Source: Felis catus (taxonomy: Eukaryota). From it: DNA of 64,000 nt. The translations under genes were made by a program, and so were the position numbers. The notes beneath the pieces were generated by a model. The model had not been told where the DNA came from, searched no databases, and worked only from the letters and a program-made list of their open reading frames with translations. Positions within the stretch are counted from its first letter, which is position 1, and each line of letters starts with the position of its first letter. Location of the stretch: positions 13,084,001 through 13,148,000 of the forward strand of contig NC_058369.1 in the NCBI RefSeq assembly GCF_018350175.1, read 5' to 3'. Positions 63,233 to 64,000 of the stretch are shown here, piece after piece.

Positions 63233-64000
63233 CTGTCAGCCGCGATGGGGGCGGGGCGGTGGGGGAGGGGGGAATAAGTCACCATGAGTCTCCCAGGAAG
63301 GTCAGGGAGGGGGCGGAGACGGCACCGAGGGGCGGACCCCGTGCCCCTGCCCAGCCCAGAGGAGGCAGGCAGGTGGTCGGAGGTCCGAAGCCTCCCCCAC
63401 CAGGGTTGCCTCCTGGTGGCCCTGCCCATCCTCCCCAAGCCCCCCTCCTGTCCACCCAGGAATGCCCTCTCACTCTGTGCTGTGCTATGAACCCGTGTGC
63501 CATTGCTGTCCTCAGGCCCCCACACCTCCCGGGAGGAACCCACTCCCAACCACGCCCCACTGCAGAGGTCTCGGGTCCCCCACTCCCTCCTGGAAGCCTG
63601 ATCCCTGGGGATCACGATCTCTGGGCTGTTCCCAGAAGGGTTCCAGAGGCATGGCCCTGGTCTCTGGATGAATGCTGACCTCTGCTTGACTTCTCTGACC
63701 TTGGATGCTCTCTGTGACCTCTGATTGACCTCTGGGAGCCCTCTGTCTCTGATCTTTGAAGTCCATGGTGTCTCCCCTCCTTGTCTCTTGATTGACCCCC
63801 CCAAGGGCCCTCCGATGAACACACTGACCCATATGCCCTGCGTGATCCATGGATGGCCATGAGCCCCAAACTGACCTCTTTATTTTCTGGGTGACCTCTG
63901 ACCTTCATAAGCCCTCCTGACCCACGGGCGGCTTCTATGTCCCCTTAGACCATCTCTTAACCCTACTTGACCTCTTTTTATATATCTGACCCAGGCATGA

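Overview
Mammalian genomic DNA from a carnivore, almost certainly a felid, judged by about 26 tRNA-derived CAN-SINE/SINEC_Fc-type insertions. It is not prokaryotic, so most of the supplied ORF track is spurious. Three spliced genes were rebuilt by hand from GT-AG boundaries and frame continuity. (1) NIBAN3/FAM129C, + strand, 15 coding exons, 620-15879, 631 aa. (2) COLGALT1, + strand, 12 exons, 18747-37409, 623 aa, with a signal peptide and C-terminal RDEL. (3) The 3' part of UNC13A/Munc13-1, - strand, 10 exons from 63232 down to the stop at 50557, with a long 3'UTR probably reaching about 46200. The order matches the known NIBAN3-COLGALT1-UNC13A synteny. The remainder is mostly transposon relics (SINEs, MIR, L2, L1, MLT1, MER20/53/58/21-like), microsatellites and one U6 pseudogene. 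I see no wholly new biological system. The best leads are: a dense CRE/CCAAT/GC-box promoter-like module inside an UNC13A intron; an UNC13A cassette of 6-, 39- and 30-nt microexons flanked by UG tracts; a NIBAN3 last coding exon built from a MIR SINE; a decayed copy of the alternative NIBAN3 terminal exon; and a five-copy motif in the COLGALT1 promoter. Gene and repeat names come from my recall of the families, not from database searches, and repeat boundaries are approximate.
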